A DNA stretch of 60,695 nt, the filler included. It is 3 parts of 3 records of this genome, joined end to end, with 100 filler letters (N's around TTAATTAATTAA, not from the genome) between each part and the next. Parts side by side here need not be neighbours in the genome. Positions count along the whole stretch, not along the records: positions 1 to 28,834 come from SRR2962707_2244; 2 more parts are not named here. The stretch is one strand, 5' to 3'. Shown piece after piece: positions 10,362 through 20,152 of this stretch (the first letter of the stretch is position 1; each line of letters opens with the position of its first letter). The translations under genes and the position numbers were made by a program. The notes beneath the pieces were generated by a model. That model searched no databases and was not told the DNA's origin. It worked only from the letters and a program-made list of their open reading frames with translations.

Positions 10362-10806
10362 AGTGGAGTCAGTGAAATCCTGTGGTAGGTGGACTCATTT
10401 GTATTTCAAGAGCCGCAACGAGTTGGCTAAAATAACCGCATCTAGATTAATAATATAAAGACTTTTTATGGAATGTTTATCATACAGTTTCAAGGATCTT
10501 GTGCGCTACTTTTGGGTGGTGTAAACAATGAGGATTTGCTGATTTTCTGCTGTTTTCGCGCCAAATAAAGAAATGTTTTGTGTTTTAGCGACGGTTTCCC
10601 TTGCTGTATTGGCCGCTCGAAATCTTCCCGTGCTTGCCTGAGCGGGTTATGAAATTGATTCTTATCGTATTTTCTCGCCTTGTGTTGGCTTCCATCTGTT
10701 CTTCAAAATGCACTTAAAAGGAGGAATCTGGCACTCTAGCAGTTCCTTCTTTTTGTCCTTCACGTTAGAATCTTGCTTTTAAGAACGCATAGAATAGGAA
10801 AATGTA

Positions 10807-11523
10807 ATGGGCAGAGCCTTTCAAAACCGCAAAGAGTCCATGGCAAAAACGTCTGATCAAAAAGCCAAGGTTTACAGTAAATACGGCCGTGAGATTTATG
10901 TTTGCGCAAAATCCGGTGGTATTGATCCAAATGGTAACTTGGCACTTCGCTCGATGATCGAAAGAGCGAAAAAAGATCAGGTGCCAACCCATGTTATTGA
11001 TAAAGCGATTGATAAGGCGAAAGGCGGTGGCGGAGAAGATTTCGACACGGCTCGTTATGAAGGGTTTGGGCCGGGCAATACCATGGTGATTGTGGATTGC
11101 TTGTCTGATAATCCAAACCGTACTTTTGGTGATGTGCGCACTTGTTTTAACAAGGTTAAGTGCAAGATTGGTGGCCAAGGCAGTGTGAGTCATATGTTTG
11201 ACCACAGTGCGATTTTTGTTTTTGACGGCACAGACGAAGAGGTTGTTTTAGAAGCACTAATGATGGCCGATGTGGACGTGACTGATATCGAGCTGGAAGA
11301 TGGCAAGGTAACCGTGTTTGCACCAAACACAGAGTATGGCAAAGCCAAAGCGGCTTTGGTTGACGCCTTTGGTGAGATTGAATTTGATGTTGACGAGATT
11401 CAATTCGTTGCGCAAAACTTGACGGCCATTGAAGGTGAAGATGTTGAGCAGTTTGATCGTTTTCTTGACCTTTTGAATGATCTTGATGATGTTCAGCGTG
11501 TTTATCATAACGCTGAGTATTAA
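10807..11523 (+). CDS. YebC/PmpR family protein
   Basis: MGRAFQNRK start; [24 protein letters not shown] motifs. Confidence 0.93.
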   Translation: MGRAFQNRKESMAKTSDQKAKVYSKYGREIYVCAKSGGIDPNGNLALRSMIERAKKDQVPTHVIDKAIDKAKGGGGEDFDTARYEGFGPGNTMVIVDCLSDNPNRTFGDVRTCFNKVKCKIGGQGSVSHMFDHSAIFVFDGTDEEVVLEALMMADVDVTDIELEDGKVTVFAPNTEYGKAKAALVDAFGEIEFDVDEIQFVAQNLTAIEGEDVEQFDRFLDLLNDLDDVQRVYHNAEY

Positions 11524-11538
11524 GCGCTTATCAATATT

Positions 11539-11576
11539 ATTGCACTTCTTAGGGGGACGACTCTAAGAAGTGCAAT
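11539..11576 (+). terminator. Long hairpin after the yebC-family gene
   Basis: Perfect 14-bp inverted repeat ATTGCACTTCTTAG / CTAAGAAGTGCAAT followed by a weak T-rich tail. Confidence 0.6.
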
Positions 11577-11607
11577 GACTTTAATTTCAATGTGTTAACG
11601 CTTTTGT

Positions 11608-11796
11608 ATGGGTAATGAAATGTCCGAACGTCCGACACCTCCAGAAGACTGGGAATGCTGTGAAAGTGAGTGCTCTCCTTGTGTTTGGGATACGTATTAT
11701 GAAGAGCTGCGCGAATGGAATGCTGAGCAGAAAGCCATGAAGGCAGCGGCTGACAAGGATGCCGAAGGAGAGAGTCATGTCAAAAAAAGCGACTAA
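11608..11796 (+). CDS. Oxidoreductase-like domain small protein (CC-x3-C-x2-C)
   Basis: PTPPEDWECCESECSPCVWDTYYEEL matches the Oxidored-like/OXLD1 motif. Confidence 0.8.
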   Translation: MGNEMSERPTPPEDWECCESECSPCVWDTYYEELREWNAEQKAMKAAADKDAEGESHVKKSD

Positions 11797-11977
11797 AAAC
11801 GCCAAAGTAGCATCGCCTTGTGTGAATTTGTGTTTGCTTAACGATGACGACGTCTGTGTTGGTTGCTACCGTACTGGCAAAGAAATCAGTACCTGGGGGC
11901 GATTGACGGCAGAAGAGCAAAGAGCGGTGTTGGTCAAAGTGTCTGAGCGCGAACAGACCAGTCAGTTCGTTAGTTAG
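11777..11977 (+). CDS. DUF1289 family Cys-rich protein
   Basis: SPCVNLC...VCVGCYRT..EI..W; likely start MSKK at 11777 with GGAG upstream. Confidence 0.85.
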   Translation: MSKKATKNAKVASPCVNLCLLNDDDVCVGCYRTGKEISTWGRLTAEEQRAVLVKVSEREQTSQFVS

Positions 11978-12024
11978 TCAATGTTTTTCAGGCCTGTGAG
12001 CGCTCGCTTCATGGGTTCTTTGTG

Positions 12025-13260
12025 TTAATTACCTTCTTCTTTCTTGTTTTTTAGCTCTATCCACTGAGACATGTATTGGGTGCTTTTTAGGCTGTGGTGC
12101 CTGAGCATTTTACCCAAAAAATGTTTTTCCCTTAGGGTGTCTTTTAGGGCAAGTTGTCGCTCAATCCTTGTTAAAAAACGCGGTCCCCAGACGGCTTTAT
12201 CGTAAAGGGTGTCTAGGATGGAAAAGCCATTTTTCTGCATCAGATGCCAGCTGGCAGAGTCCTGATAAAGCGCTGCGGCGGCGGCCGCAAATTCTTCTAT
12301 GTCATCACTGATGACGCCATTCCAAGGCAGGTGCCCGTACATGGATTCTGCGCCGATTGAGGTGGTGATGCTGGGTGTGCCCATTTGCATGGCTTCGACA
12401 AGCTTGCCTTTAATGCCAGCCCCAAAGCGCAATGGGGCTAAGCAAATTCTGGCGTGTTTCATGACGTCTTGAGCGTCTTTGGCCCAGCCTTTTACCAGAA
12501 AACCTTCTTTTTCGTTGTGCAGTTGGGTGGCTTTTGGAGGCGGGTAGGCGCCGTAAATATGCAGCTCTGCGGTGGGGAGTTTTTTGCGTATCTTTGGCCA
12601 CACTTGTTGTTTTAAATACAGAACGGCATCCCAATTCGGGGCGTGCCTAAAGTTGCCAATGGTAATAAAGTGTTGGCGTTCTTCGAAGGTGGGTAAAACC
12701 CCATATTCAGTGGATCTTTCCAGCATAAAGGGAAGGTGAAAAACATGAGACTCAGGCACATGAAATTCATTTACGAGTAGGTTTTTTTCGAACTCGGAAA
12801 TCATTAATGTTAGGTCGCAGCGATGAATGGCAGCGATTTCTCGAATGCCCAAATCACTGTGCAGGTCTGCTTGCTGGAAGCTTCTCTTTTGTTTCAGTGC
12901 CTGATGGCGTGCTTCCCTTAGGGAATGAAGATCTTCGGTGTTTAGAATGCGCAATGCGTTGGGGCAGAACTTTTCAACTCGCCAACCAAACTGCTCTTCC
13001 ATCATGAAGCGGTCAAACATCACAGCATCGGGCGCCAATGAGCTGACATAGTGGTCAAACGAGGCGTCGTTTAGCGTGATGTGCTCGCAGGCGATGTCGA
13101 GCTCGTCAAGCTTGGTCATGTGCTCGGTTTGTTGTGCTGGACTGGCGAAAGTGATTTGCCAGTTGGCGTCTCGAAAAGTATGGAGCAATTGCATCATGCG
13201 ACTGCCGGCCGCCGAGGAATTTGGCTCTGGCCATACATAACCAATAACAAGTAGATGCAT
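12025..13260 (-). CDS. GT-B fold glycosyltransferase (GT4-like), stand-alone
   Basis: VWPEPNSSAAG N-terminus, IGNFRHAPNWDAV, LAPLRFGAGIKGKLVEAM; likely start MHLLVIG at 13260. Confidence 0.85.
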   Translation of the reverse strand: MHLLVIGYVWPEPNSSAAGSRMMQLLHTFRDANWQITFASPAQQTEHMTKLDELDIACEHITLNDASFDHYVSSLAPDAVMFDRFMMEEQFGWRVEKFCPNALRILNTEDLHSLREARHQALKQKRSFQQADLHSDLGIREIAAIHRCDLTLMISEFEKNLLVNEFHVPESHVFHLPFMLERSTEYGVLPTFEERQHFITIGNFRHAPNWDAVLYLKQQVWPKIRKKLPTAELHIYGAYPPPKATQLHNEKEGFLVKGWAKDAQDVMKHARICLAPLRFGAGIKGKLVEAMQMGTPSITTSIGAESMYGHLPWNGVISDDIEEFAAAAAALYQDSASWHLMQKNGFSILDTLYDKAVWGPRFLTRIERQLALKDTLREKHFLGKMLRHHSLKSTQYMSQWIELKNKKEEGN

Positions 13261-13427
13261 CAAGGTGTCTCTTTGCAGAAAATGGGGAACGAATGTCCGG
13301 TTATTGAAAGTGAGCGAGGACATATAGGATAAGCTATTGTATCATTGTGCGCAGATTTGTCTTGCCTGATGAAAGGTGCTTTCTGGTTAGGTAGGATGTA
13401 AGCAAAACATGACGTTGAGAAGATAAT

Positions 13428-14630
13428 ATGATCATTAAACCAAAGATTCGTGGATTTATTTGTACCACCACTCACCCTGTAGGCTGTGAGCAAAACGTAA
13501 GAGAGCAGATTGCTTTTACGAAAGCAAAAGGCCAAGTGGAAAATGGCCCTAAAAAAGTATTGGTCATTGGTTCTTCTAGTGGTTATGGCTTGTCTTCTCG
13601 TATTGCGGCGGCATTTGGTTCTGGTGCGGCGACAATCGGTGTTTTCTTTGAAAAACCAGCAACAGAAAAGAAAACGGGTACTGCGGGTTGGTACAATGCG
13701 GCGGCGTTTGAAAAAGCAGCCAAAGAAGAAGGTTTGTACGCCAAAAGCATTAATGGCGACGCTTTCTCAAATGAAGCGCGTGACAAAGTCATCGAGTTGA
13801 TCAAGCAAGATCTTGGTGAAATCGATATGGTGGTTTACTCATTGGCGTCGCCAGTGCGCAAAATGCCAGAAACTGGCGAAGTCATTCGTTCTGTTTTGAA
13901 GCCGATCGGTCAGCCTTACCGTTCTACTGCGATCGATACGAATAAAGATGTGATTATCGAAGCAGAAATTGAGCCAGCGACAGAAGAAGAAATTGCGGCG
14001 ACAACGACCGTAATGGGTGGCCAAGACTGGGAATTATGGATGTCTGCGTTGCAAGAAGCGGGCGTATTGGCTGAAGGTGTGCGTACCGTTGCGTATTCTT
14101 ACATCGGCTCTGATATTACATGGCCTATCTATTGGCACGGTGCTCTAGGTAAAGCGAAAGAAGATCTAGATCGTGCTTCTGCTGCAATTAACGGTCAGCT
14201 GTCTGTGCTTAATGGTGGTGCTAACGTCGCTGTCTTGAAGTCGGTTGTGACTCAAGCCTCTTCGGCTATTCCAGTGATGCCTTTGTATTTGGCTATGGTT
14301 TTCAGAGTGATGCGCGAAAAAGGCATTCATGAAGGTTGTATGGATCAGATATACCGCATGTTCTCTGAGCGTTTGTACAATAACCATAACCCAGCTGAAT
14401 TGGTTGATGACGCGAACCGTTTGCGCTTGGATGATTGGGAGCTGCGCGACGATGTTCAGCAAGCTTGCCGTGATCTATGGCCACAAATTACCGATGAAAA
14501 CTTATTTGCTGAGACCGATTATCAGCTTTACAAAGATGAGTTTTTGAAGCTGTTTGGCTTTGGTGTAGATGGCGTTGATTACGAAGCGGATGTGGATTCA
14601 TTGGTTGAGTTTGATGTTATTACTTTGTAA
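13428..14630 (+). CDS. fabV: Enoyl-ACP reductase FabV (trans-2-enoyl-CoA reductase family)
   Basis: [38 protein letters not shown]. Confidence 0.95.
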   Translation: MIIKPKIRGFICTTTHPVGCEQNVREQIAFTKAKGQVENGPKKVLVIGSSSGYGLSSRIAAAFGSGAATIGVFFEKPATEKKTGTAGWYNAAAFEKAAKEEGLYAKSINGDAFSNEARDKVIELIKQDLGEIDMVVYSLASPVRKMPETGEVIRSVLKPIGQPYRSTAIDTNKDVIIEAEIEPATEEEIAATTTVMGGQDWELWMSALQEAGVLAEGVRTVAYSYIGSDITWPIYWHGALGKAKEDLDRASAAINGQLSVLNGGANVAVLKSVVTQASSAIPVMPLYLAMVFRVMREKGIHEGCMDQIYRMFSERLYNNHNPAELVDDANRLRLDDWELRDDVQQACRDLWPQITDENLFAETDYQLYKDEFLKLFGFGVDGVDYEADVDSLVEFDVITL

Positions 14631-14651
14631 TACGCTCAGCGATTAGTTTAC

Positions 14652-14687
14652 AAAAAGGAGGCTAAGCAGTGTTTAGCCTCCTTTTTT
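14652..14687. terminator. Intrinsic terminator after fabV
   Basis: AAAAAGGAGGCTAAGC-AGT-GTTTAGCCTCCTTTTTT. Confidence 0.9.
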
Positions 14688-14729
14688 AATGGCTGATTAT
14701 CTCTTATAGTTAGAGGCTCGATCTTTGGG

Positions 14730-15299
14730 GTGGTTATGAAAAAAATAGTAGGGGTTATGTTTGTGCTGCCTTTAGTGGTGCAGGCTCAAACAGTGGAAAT
14801 TCAACCGGTGGATATTATCTATGGCAATCAGGTGATCCATGGTCGTCATCAGGTGGTGCTTAATTCTCCAGATGAGGTGGCTGTTATTCCTGCTGAAAAA
14901 AGTAAAGTGTCGTTGTTAGGGCCTAATGTGGTGGTGACGGCGACGGGGGCGGATCGCTCTTATCTTGAAGAGCAGAAGATCGCCAAAAGAGAAAAAGCGA
15001 TTTATGATGAGGTGAATAAGCGTACTAAAGATGCACCCTTTACGGTTTTGTTTACTGGTCATATCCCTGATGATATTCAAGAAAAGCGCCTGCGAATGAT
15101 GCCGGAAATAGGTGTCTTTGGCGATCAGCTTAATAAGCTAGAGAAGTCTCAAGATGACTCGAATTCACAAAATCTAATCCCAGATACCGGAGAGTTCTCA
15201 GAAATAAAGCCTAAAACACCAGCGGTGAAGGCTTCCAATAATGTAGTGAAGCCGAGTGAAAGCCAAGAAGATAAACTGGAAAAACTAATTGGCGGCTAG
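14730..15299 (+). CDS. Hypothetical exported protein
   Basis: Signal-peptide-like MKKIVGVMFVLPLVVQA; no recognised domain; overlaps the convergent peptidase gene by 15 bp. Confidence 0.65.
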   Translation: MVMKKIVGVMFVLPLVVQAQTVEIQPVDIIYGNQVIHGRHQVVLNSPDEVAVIPAEKSKVSLLGPNVVVTATGADRSYLEEQKIAKREKAIYDEVNKRTKDAPFTVLFTGHIPDDIQEKRLRMMPEIGVFGDQLNKLEKSQDDSNSQNLIPDTGEFSEIKPKTPAVKASNNVVKPSESQEDKLEKLIGG

Positions 15300-18245
15300 G
15301 GTGTGTGTGTTGTGTTGAGCTTCTATTTTTAACGAGTGTCCAGTCAAGTTGTTGCCTTCTGGGTGAGCTTTTATCCAGTGTCCTTTCTGTATTAGTGTCT
15401 TATCTAGCGCTTTATTGTGAATGAGTATTTTTGCAGTATTGCCTTGTTCTATTTTCTGCTTAATGTACTGAATAAAGCCTTCTTGCGTGATCCCTTCTAC
15501 GACCTTAATGGCTTGTTTTTTGTGATCAAAATCCTGTGAGTATTTGGCGATTTCATGCCATTCATCGTACGCGTTGTCGTCTAGATTTCTAGCGCCCATT
15601 TTTAGGCTACTCAGTAGACTGTTTTTGGTGTTCTGAAAGTCTTGTTTGGGCAGTGTTTGCAACAATATGGCTTGTTCTTTGATAAAGGATTCAATGGCGT
15701 TGACCAAGGTGTTGGTGTCCTTATCAGGGGACTGTATGAGAAAGCCGAGAATAGGGGTGTTGCGTGTGCTGAGGTCTTGCACGCCGACAATGTAGCCCAG
15801 TTGTTGTTCGGTGCGCAGCTGGTTGTAAAAGCGGCTGTTGAGTATGTTGCACAAGATGGCAAAGTAGGACTTTTGCAGAGTGGATTCGTACTCAGTTTTG
15901 TTTTCCGTCTGCGGGCCTGTGTCTATCAAGGAGTAAAGGACTGTGCTGTCTTTGCTGATAGATGGGAAGCGGTACTCGAGCTTTTCTTGTGCGGCCAGTT
16001 GCTTGGTTTCTACCTTGGTCGATAAGTGAGGGGCGAGTCTGTTGATGAATCGCTCATGCAGTGTGCTGGCAAGCTTCATGGCGTTTGCTTCTGACACGTC
16101 GCCAGTGCTGTAGCCGACGACTTCGAAGTGGCTTTTGGCGTTCTTGATGTAGTTTTGAAGGTCCCCAATGGTGCTGTCTTTAAGTGCCGCAAGCAGTTCT
16201 TTGGTGGTGAAGTTGTTCTTGGTGATCAAGGAGCTTAGTGCAATGTTGGCGCCTTGATAGGCTTGGCGGCTCTTTTGGTTATCGAGATCTTTCTTTAGCT
16301 GTGCCTTGATGCGCTGAAAGTCTTGCGGCGTAGGCTTGAATAGAAAAAACTGATCGACCAGCCAAACGAGGTAGTCGCCTTGTTTGTCTGCATAGCCTGT
16401 GGTGTTAAAAGAAATGCCATTAAGGTGAGGGTAGAGGCTGTAGCCAAGGCCTGCAATATAGGGCTCATAAGTGGACTCGCTGATGCTGTCGTTTACGGTT
16501 CGAGTCCATAAATGATTGAGTACGCTGTGCTTGGCGGTATCGGCAGCGTGGTCAAATTGAATGGCGAGAAAGTTAATACTGGTTGGCTTTTGGAAGCTGG
16601 TGTCCGCTTTGTGCCAAAAGGTGAAATTCTTTTTCTGGAGGATGATGTGTGGCGTCTTATCTTGCTCATCGACCATGCTGAGTGATGTTGGGATGAACGG
16701 ATTCTTTTTGGGAAGTGTGATGGCCGTATTTTTGGTGGAGAAATGCACCATGTTCAAAAAATAGTCGCTAAATTGGGTGTTGCTGTACTGGCTTTGGTAC
16801 CAGGGTTCTGTGTGCCATGTGATGGGGTCTTTTGACCATTTTTTGGGTAGTGTGTGTTGGGTGGATAATTGGACCAATAGGTTTTGATCGGTTAGTTGAT
16901 TCAAAATATGGGTGATGTCTTTATTGCTGGCGACTTTCTCTATTTTGAAGCTGCTAAGGGCGTCTTGTGGTGGCACCGACAGCATCCTAGAAGACAGTAG
17001 CTTGGCTAAGGCTTGTGGGCTGATGTAACTGTGATAGTCATAGGTCAGTTTGCTTAGCGTGACTTCTTCTTCGAGATAAACAGGGTTAATCGGGGCTGAC
17101 TTAATGGTACCGATCGTGGCGAAGAAGGTGCTGGCAACTTTGTCTATGTTGTGCGTGCCTTGGTCGGTCAGTCGAATGTCGGTACAAAATAGCGCGTTGT
17201 GCTCGTAGTCAGGGGATATGTCGCTGCTTAAACTGTTGATTAAGCCTTCGTTTTTAAGTGTGGCGTACAGTGACCCTTTGCTTTCGTTGCCTAAAATATA
17301 GGTTAAATAGCGAGCGGGGCGTGTTTTGTAGTGTTTTTCTTGGCTGTCAATCTGGTAGCAAAATGACAGCGTGTTGCTGTCTATATTGGGGCGAGTGAAT
17401 TGCAGTTGAGGTGCTCCAGGTTTGAGTAATGATGGGGCTTTTGGTCTTGGTTTTATGTTGCCAGAAGGGATGGCTGAAAAGTATTTGGTGGCCAATGCAT
17501 CAAGATCTGCCATTGGCAGGTTAGCAACCAACACCAAGGCCATGTTGTTGGCCACATAGTTTTCTTTATAAAGCGTCAGTAGTTGTTTGTGCAGTGGGTT
17601 ATTTTCGCGGTCTTTCAGTGTGTCTAAGCTGCCGACGGTGAATTGACTCTGAGGGTGTTCTGGGTTGAGTAATGTTTTAAAGGCCTGATTGAGGCGACGG
17701 CGTTGACTGTTAAATTTCGCTTTGTATTCGGCGTTAACCGCGTTTTTTTCCCGTTGTGCGGAATTCGGGTCAAGCAGAGGGGCAATGAAAAAATGTGAAA
17801 ATCTATCCAATGCGCCGCTAAAGTGCTTACTTTCTATATCGAAGAAAAAGTTGGTGGAGTTGATGCTGGTGTAAGCGTTGTAGCTGCCGCCATGGTGGCT
17901 AATAAAGGACTGGTAGCTGCCAGCATTAGGGTATTTTTGGGTGCCTAAGAGCAGCATGTGTTCTAAAAAATGCGCTAATCCCTGTTGGTTTTTAGGGTCT
18001 TGGTAACTGCCGACATTTACGGCCATGGAGGCGGCAAATCGTTCTGCGTGTGGGTCGCTAACAAGGATGACATTGAGGCCATTTTTTAGCGTTATTAAGC
18101 TGTAGTTGTTGTGATCGCTAATGGCTTTTTCAAGGGGCTTATGAGGGTTGCTGGTTACTGTGGCGGCGAAAGCGGTAGGGTGAAAGCCGACGAGAGTGGC
18201 GAGAAAAAAAAGCGCTGTGATCAGTGTCTTAGGTATTGTTGTCAT
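15285..18245 (-). CDS. M16A zinc metallopeptidase (insulinase/pitrilysin-like), secreted
   Basis: Signal peptide, inverted zinc motif GLAHFLEH, NAYT, and LRTEQQLGY. Confidence 0.92.
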   Translation of the reverse strand: MTTIPKTLITALFFLATLVGFHPTAFAATVTSNPHKPLEKAISDHNNYSLITLKNGLNVILVSDPHAERFAASMAVNVGSYQDPKNQQGLAHFLEHMLLLGTQKYPNAGSYQSFISHHGGSYNAYTSINSTNFFFDIESKHFSGALDRFSHFFIAPLLDPNSAQREKNAVNAEYKAKFNSQRRRLNQAFKTLLNPEHPQSQFTVGSLDTLKDRENNPLHKQLLTLYKENYVANNMALVLVANLPMADLDALATKYFSAIPSGNIKPRPKAPSLLKPGAPQLQFTRPNIDSNTLSFCYQIDSQEKHYKTRPARYLTYILGNESKGSLYATLKNEGLINSLSSDISPDYEHNALFCTDIRLTDQGTHNIDKVASTFFATIGTIKSAPINPVYLEEEVTLSKLTYDYHSYISPQALAKLLSSRMLSVPPQDALSSFKIEKVASNKDITHILNQLTDQNLLVQLSTQHTLPKKWSKDPITWHTEPWYQSQYSNTQFSDYFLNMVHFSTKNTAITLPKKNPFIPTSLSMVDEQDKTPHIILQKKNFTFWHKADTSFQKPTSINFLAIQFDHAADTAKHSVLNHLWTRTVNDSISESTYEPYIAGLGYSLYPHLNGISFNTTGYADKQGDYLVWLVDQFFLFKPTPQDFQRIKAQLKKDLDNQKSRQAYQGANIALSSLITKNNFTTKELLAALKDSTIGDLQNYIKNAKSHFEVVGYSTGDVSEANAMKLASTLHERFINRLAPHLSTKVETKQLAAQEKLEYRFPSISKDSTVLYSLIDTGPQTENKTEYESTLQKSYFAILCNILNSRFYNQLRTEQQLGYIVGVQDLSTRNTPILGFLIQSPDKDTNTLVNAIESFIKEQAILLQTLPKQDFQNTKNSLLSSLKMGARNLDDNAYDEWHEIAKYSQDFDHKKQAIKVVEGITQEGFIQYIKQKIEQGNTAKILIHNKALDKTLIQKGHWIKAHPEGNNLTGHSLKIEAQHNTHTLAAN

Positions 18246-18274
18246 GTCACGATACTAGCCGAAAGTTTGAGTGG

Positions 18275-18301
18275 CGCGCAATGGTGGAAAACCATTGCGC
18301 G
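18275..18301. other. 11-bp stem-loop between yciK and the peptidase gene
   Basis: CGCGCAATGGT-GGAAA-ACCATTGCGCG; no clear U tract. Confidence 0.5.
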
Positions 18302-18306
18302 GTAGT

Positions 18307-19053
18307 TTATTTGGCTTGAGCGTCTAATGATTTGCCATTGATGCCTTCGCTATCGGCGCCCATTAAATACAGGTAAACCGGCATTATTTCCTCAGGAGAG
18401 GGAAGGGTTTCTGGGTCTTCTGCTGGGTAAGCGGCCGCGCGCATTGTGGTGCGGGTTGCCCCTGGATTGATGGCGTTGCAGCGAATGTTGGAGGTGCTCT
18501 CTAATTCGTCAGCAAGCAGTTGCATCATGCCTTCGGTGGCAAATTTCGACACCGAATAAGCGCCCCAGTAAGCTCTGGCTTTTCTACCAACGCTGGAGGT
18601 TGTAAACACAATTGACGCGTTGGGGGCCGCCTTTAATAGTCGCATAAGGGCTTGGTTTAGCATGAATTGGCTAAGCACGTTAACCTTCATGACCTGATCA
18701 AAGACCTCGGCGTCGTAGGTTTCAAGTGGGGTGCGTTCACCCAGTAAGCTGGCGTTGTGTAAAATACCGTCTAGGTGTCCGAATTCATTTTTTAGCGTGG
18801 CTGCCAGCTCAATAAAATCGTGCTCGCTGGCGCCATCTAAATTGAGTGGGACTATGGCAGCCTGTGGGTAGCCTTTCGCTTCGATGGTGTCGTAAACGGC
18901 TTCTAGTTTTTTGGTGGTTCTGCCTAATAATATGACAGTGGCGCCATGCTGGGCGTAGGTGAGGGCGGCGGTTTTGCCGATGCCATCTCCAGCGCCAGTG
19001 ACCAGAATTATCTTGTCTTTGAGTAGTTGCTCTGGGGCTTGATAATCAAACAT
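18307..19053 (-). CDS. yciK: YciK-family short-chain dehydrogenase/reductase
   Basis: TGAGDGIG, YSVSK, NPGATRT.MRA.AYP.ED. Confidence 0.88.
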   Translation of the reverse strand: MFDYQAPEQLLKDKIILVTGAGDGIGKTAALTYAQHGATVILLGRTTKKLEAVYDTIEAKGYPQAAIVPLNLDGASEHDFIELAATLKNEFGHLDGILHNASLLGERTPLETYDAEVFDQVMKVNVLSQFMLNQALMRLLKAAPNASIVFTTSSVGRKARAYWGAYSVSKFATEGMMQLLADELESTSNIRCNAINPGATRTTMRAAAYPAEDPETLPSPEEIMPVYLYLMGADSEGINGKSLDAQAK

Positions 19054-19081
19054 AACGCCTCCTTCTCTCTTATTTAATGGC

Positions 19082-19807
19082 TTACATGCTCGGCTTCTGG
19101 GTATGCATCATGTAATTCACAGACACATCTTTGTCTGTAAGCTTATAGTGTTTAGTGATTGGGTTGTAGGTAAGTCCGGTCATGTGTAGGACTTCTAGCC
19201 CTGCTTTTCTTGCGTGATTGTTAAGCTCAGCAGGTTGAATGAACTTGGCGTAATCATGGGTGCCTTTTGGCAACATGTTTAGAATGTATTCGGCGCCTAC
19301 AATCGCAAAAAGGTACGCTTTCGGGTTGCGATTGATGGTGGAGAAAAAGACGTGACCGCCAGGTTTGACCAGTGTCATGCAGGCTTTGATGACGGACGCT
19401 GGGTCTGGCACGTGCTCAAGCATTTCTAGGCAAGTCACTACATCATAAGTACCGGCTTCGCGATCCGCGATTTCTTCGGCGGTGATTCTTTCGTAGTCGA
19501 TGTCTAGTTTGGACTCTTCTAGGTGTAAGTTGGCAACCGCGAGAGGCGCTTCACCCATGTCGATGCCTTTAACGTCGGCACCCAGTTTGGACATGGCTTC
19601 TGACAAAATGCCGCCACCGCAGCCAACATCAATGACTTTTTTTCCAGACAGACCTGCGCGTTCATTAATATAGTTAACGCGCAATGGGTTGATGTCGTGC
19701 AGAGGTTTGAATTCATTCTCAGTGTCCCACCAACGGCTGGCTAGCGCTTCAAATTTAGCCACTTCGGTAAAATCTACATTGTTGTGCTGTTCTTTTGTAT
19801 TGGTCAT
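19082..19807 (-). CDS. ubiG: Ubiquinone biosynthesis O-methyltransferase
   Basis: WWD...[33 protein letters not shown]; divergent from gyrA. Confidence 0.96.
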   Translation of the reverse strand: MTNTKEQHNNVDFTEVAKFEALASRWWDTENEFKPLHDINPLRVNYINERAGLSGKKVIDVGCGGGILSEAMSKLGADVKGIDMGEAPLAVANLHLEESKLDIDYERITAEEIADREAGTYDVVTCLEMLEHVPDPASVIKACMTLVKPGGHVFFSTINRNPKAYLFAIVGAEYILNMLPKGTHDYAKFIQPAELNNHARKAGLEVLHMTGLTYNPITKHYKLTDKDVSVNYMMHTQKPSM

Positions 19808-20152
19808 GGTTAATTTCCGATGGTGTTGTAGGGCGTTGTCTGCATCTAGGGTGTTGAGTTAGATAGATGCCTGCCGTTTTATGGCGGATTGGCCAAAGTG
19901 TTCTTTGCATTATAGCGAGATCAATACAGGCAACCAATAGCAAACTTGGCTTGCTCGTGGTTTCTTTGTCAGTTAATCGTCTGAATCGTGTCATAAATTT
20001 TGTCAGATTGAGTGTCTCGGTAGAGTCATCAAATAGCAAACAAAAGATACTGTCGCAGGGGTGTTATTTATTTCCTTATGGTACAATGCAGCGCTTATAA
20101 AAAGATATCAGGGCGTCTGTCAGACTCCGAGGCATAAGGATCGGTTGTATCT

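Noticed and set aside
20090..20152. Possible gyrA RNA motif in the gyrA leader
   Set aside because: Only a weak short stem is visible, and it cannot be supported without a covariance-model search.
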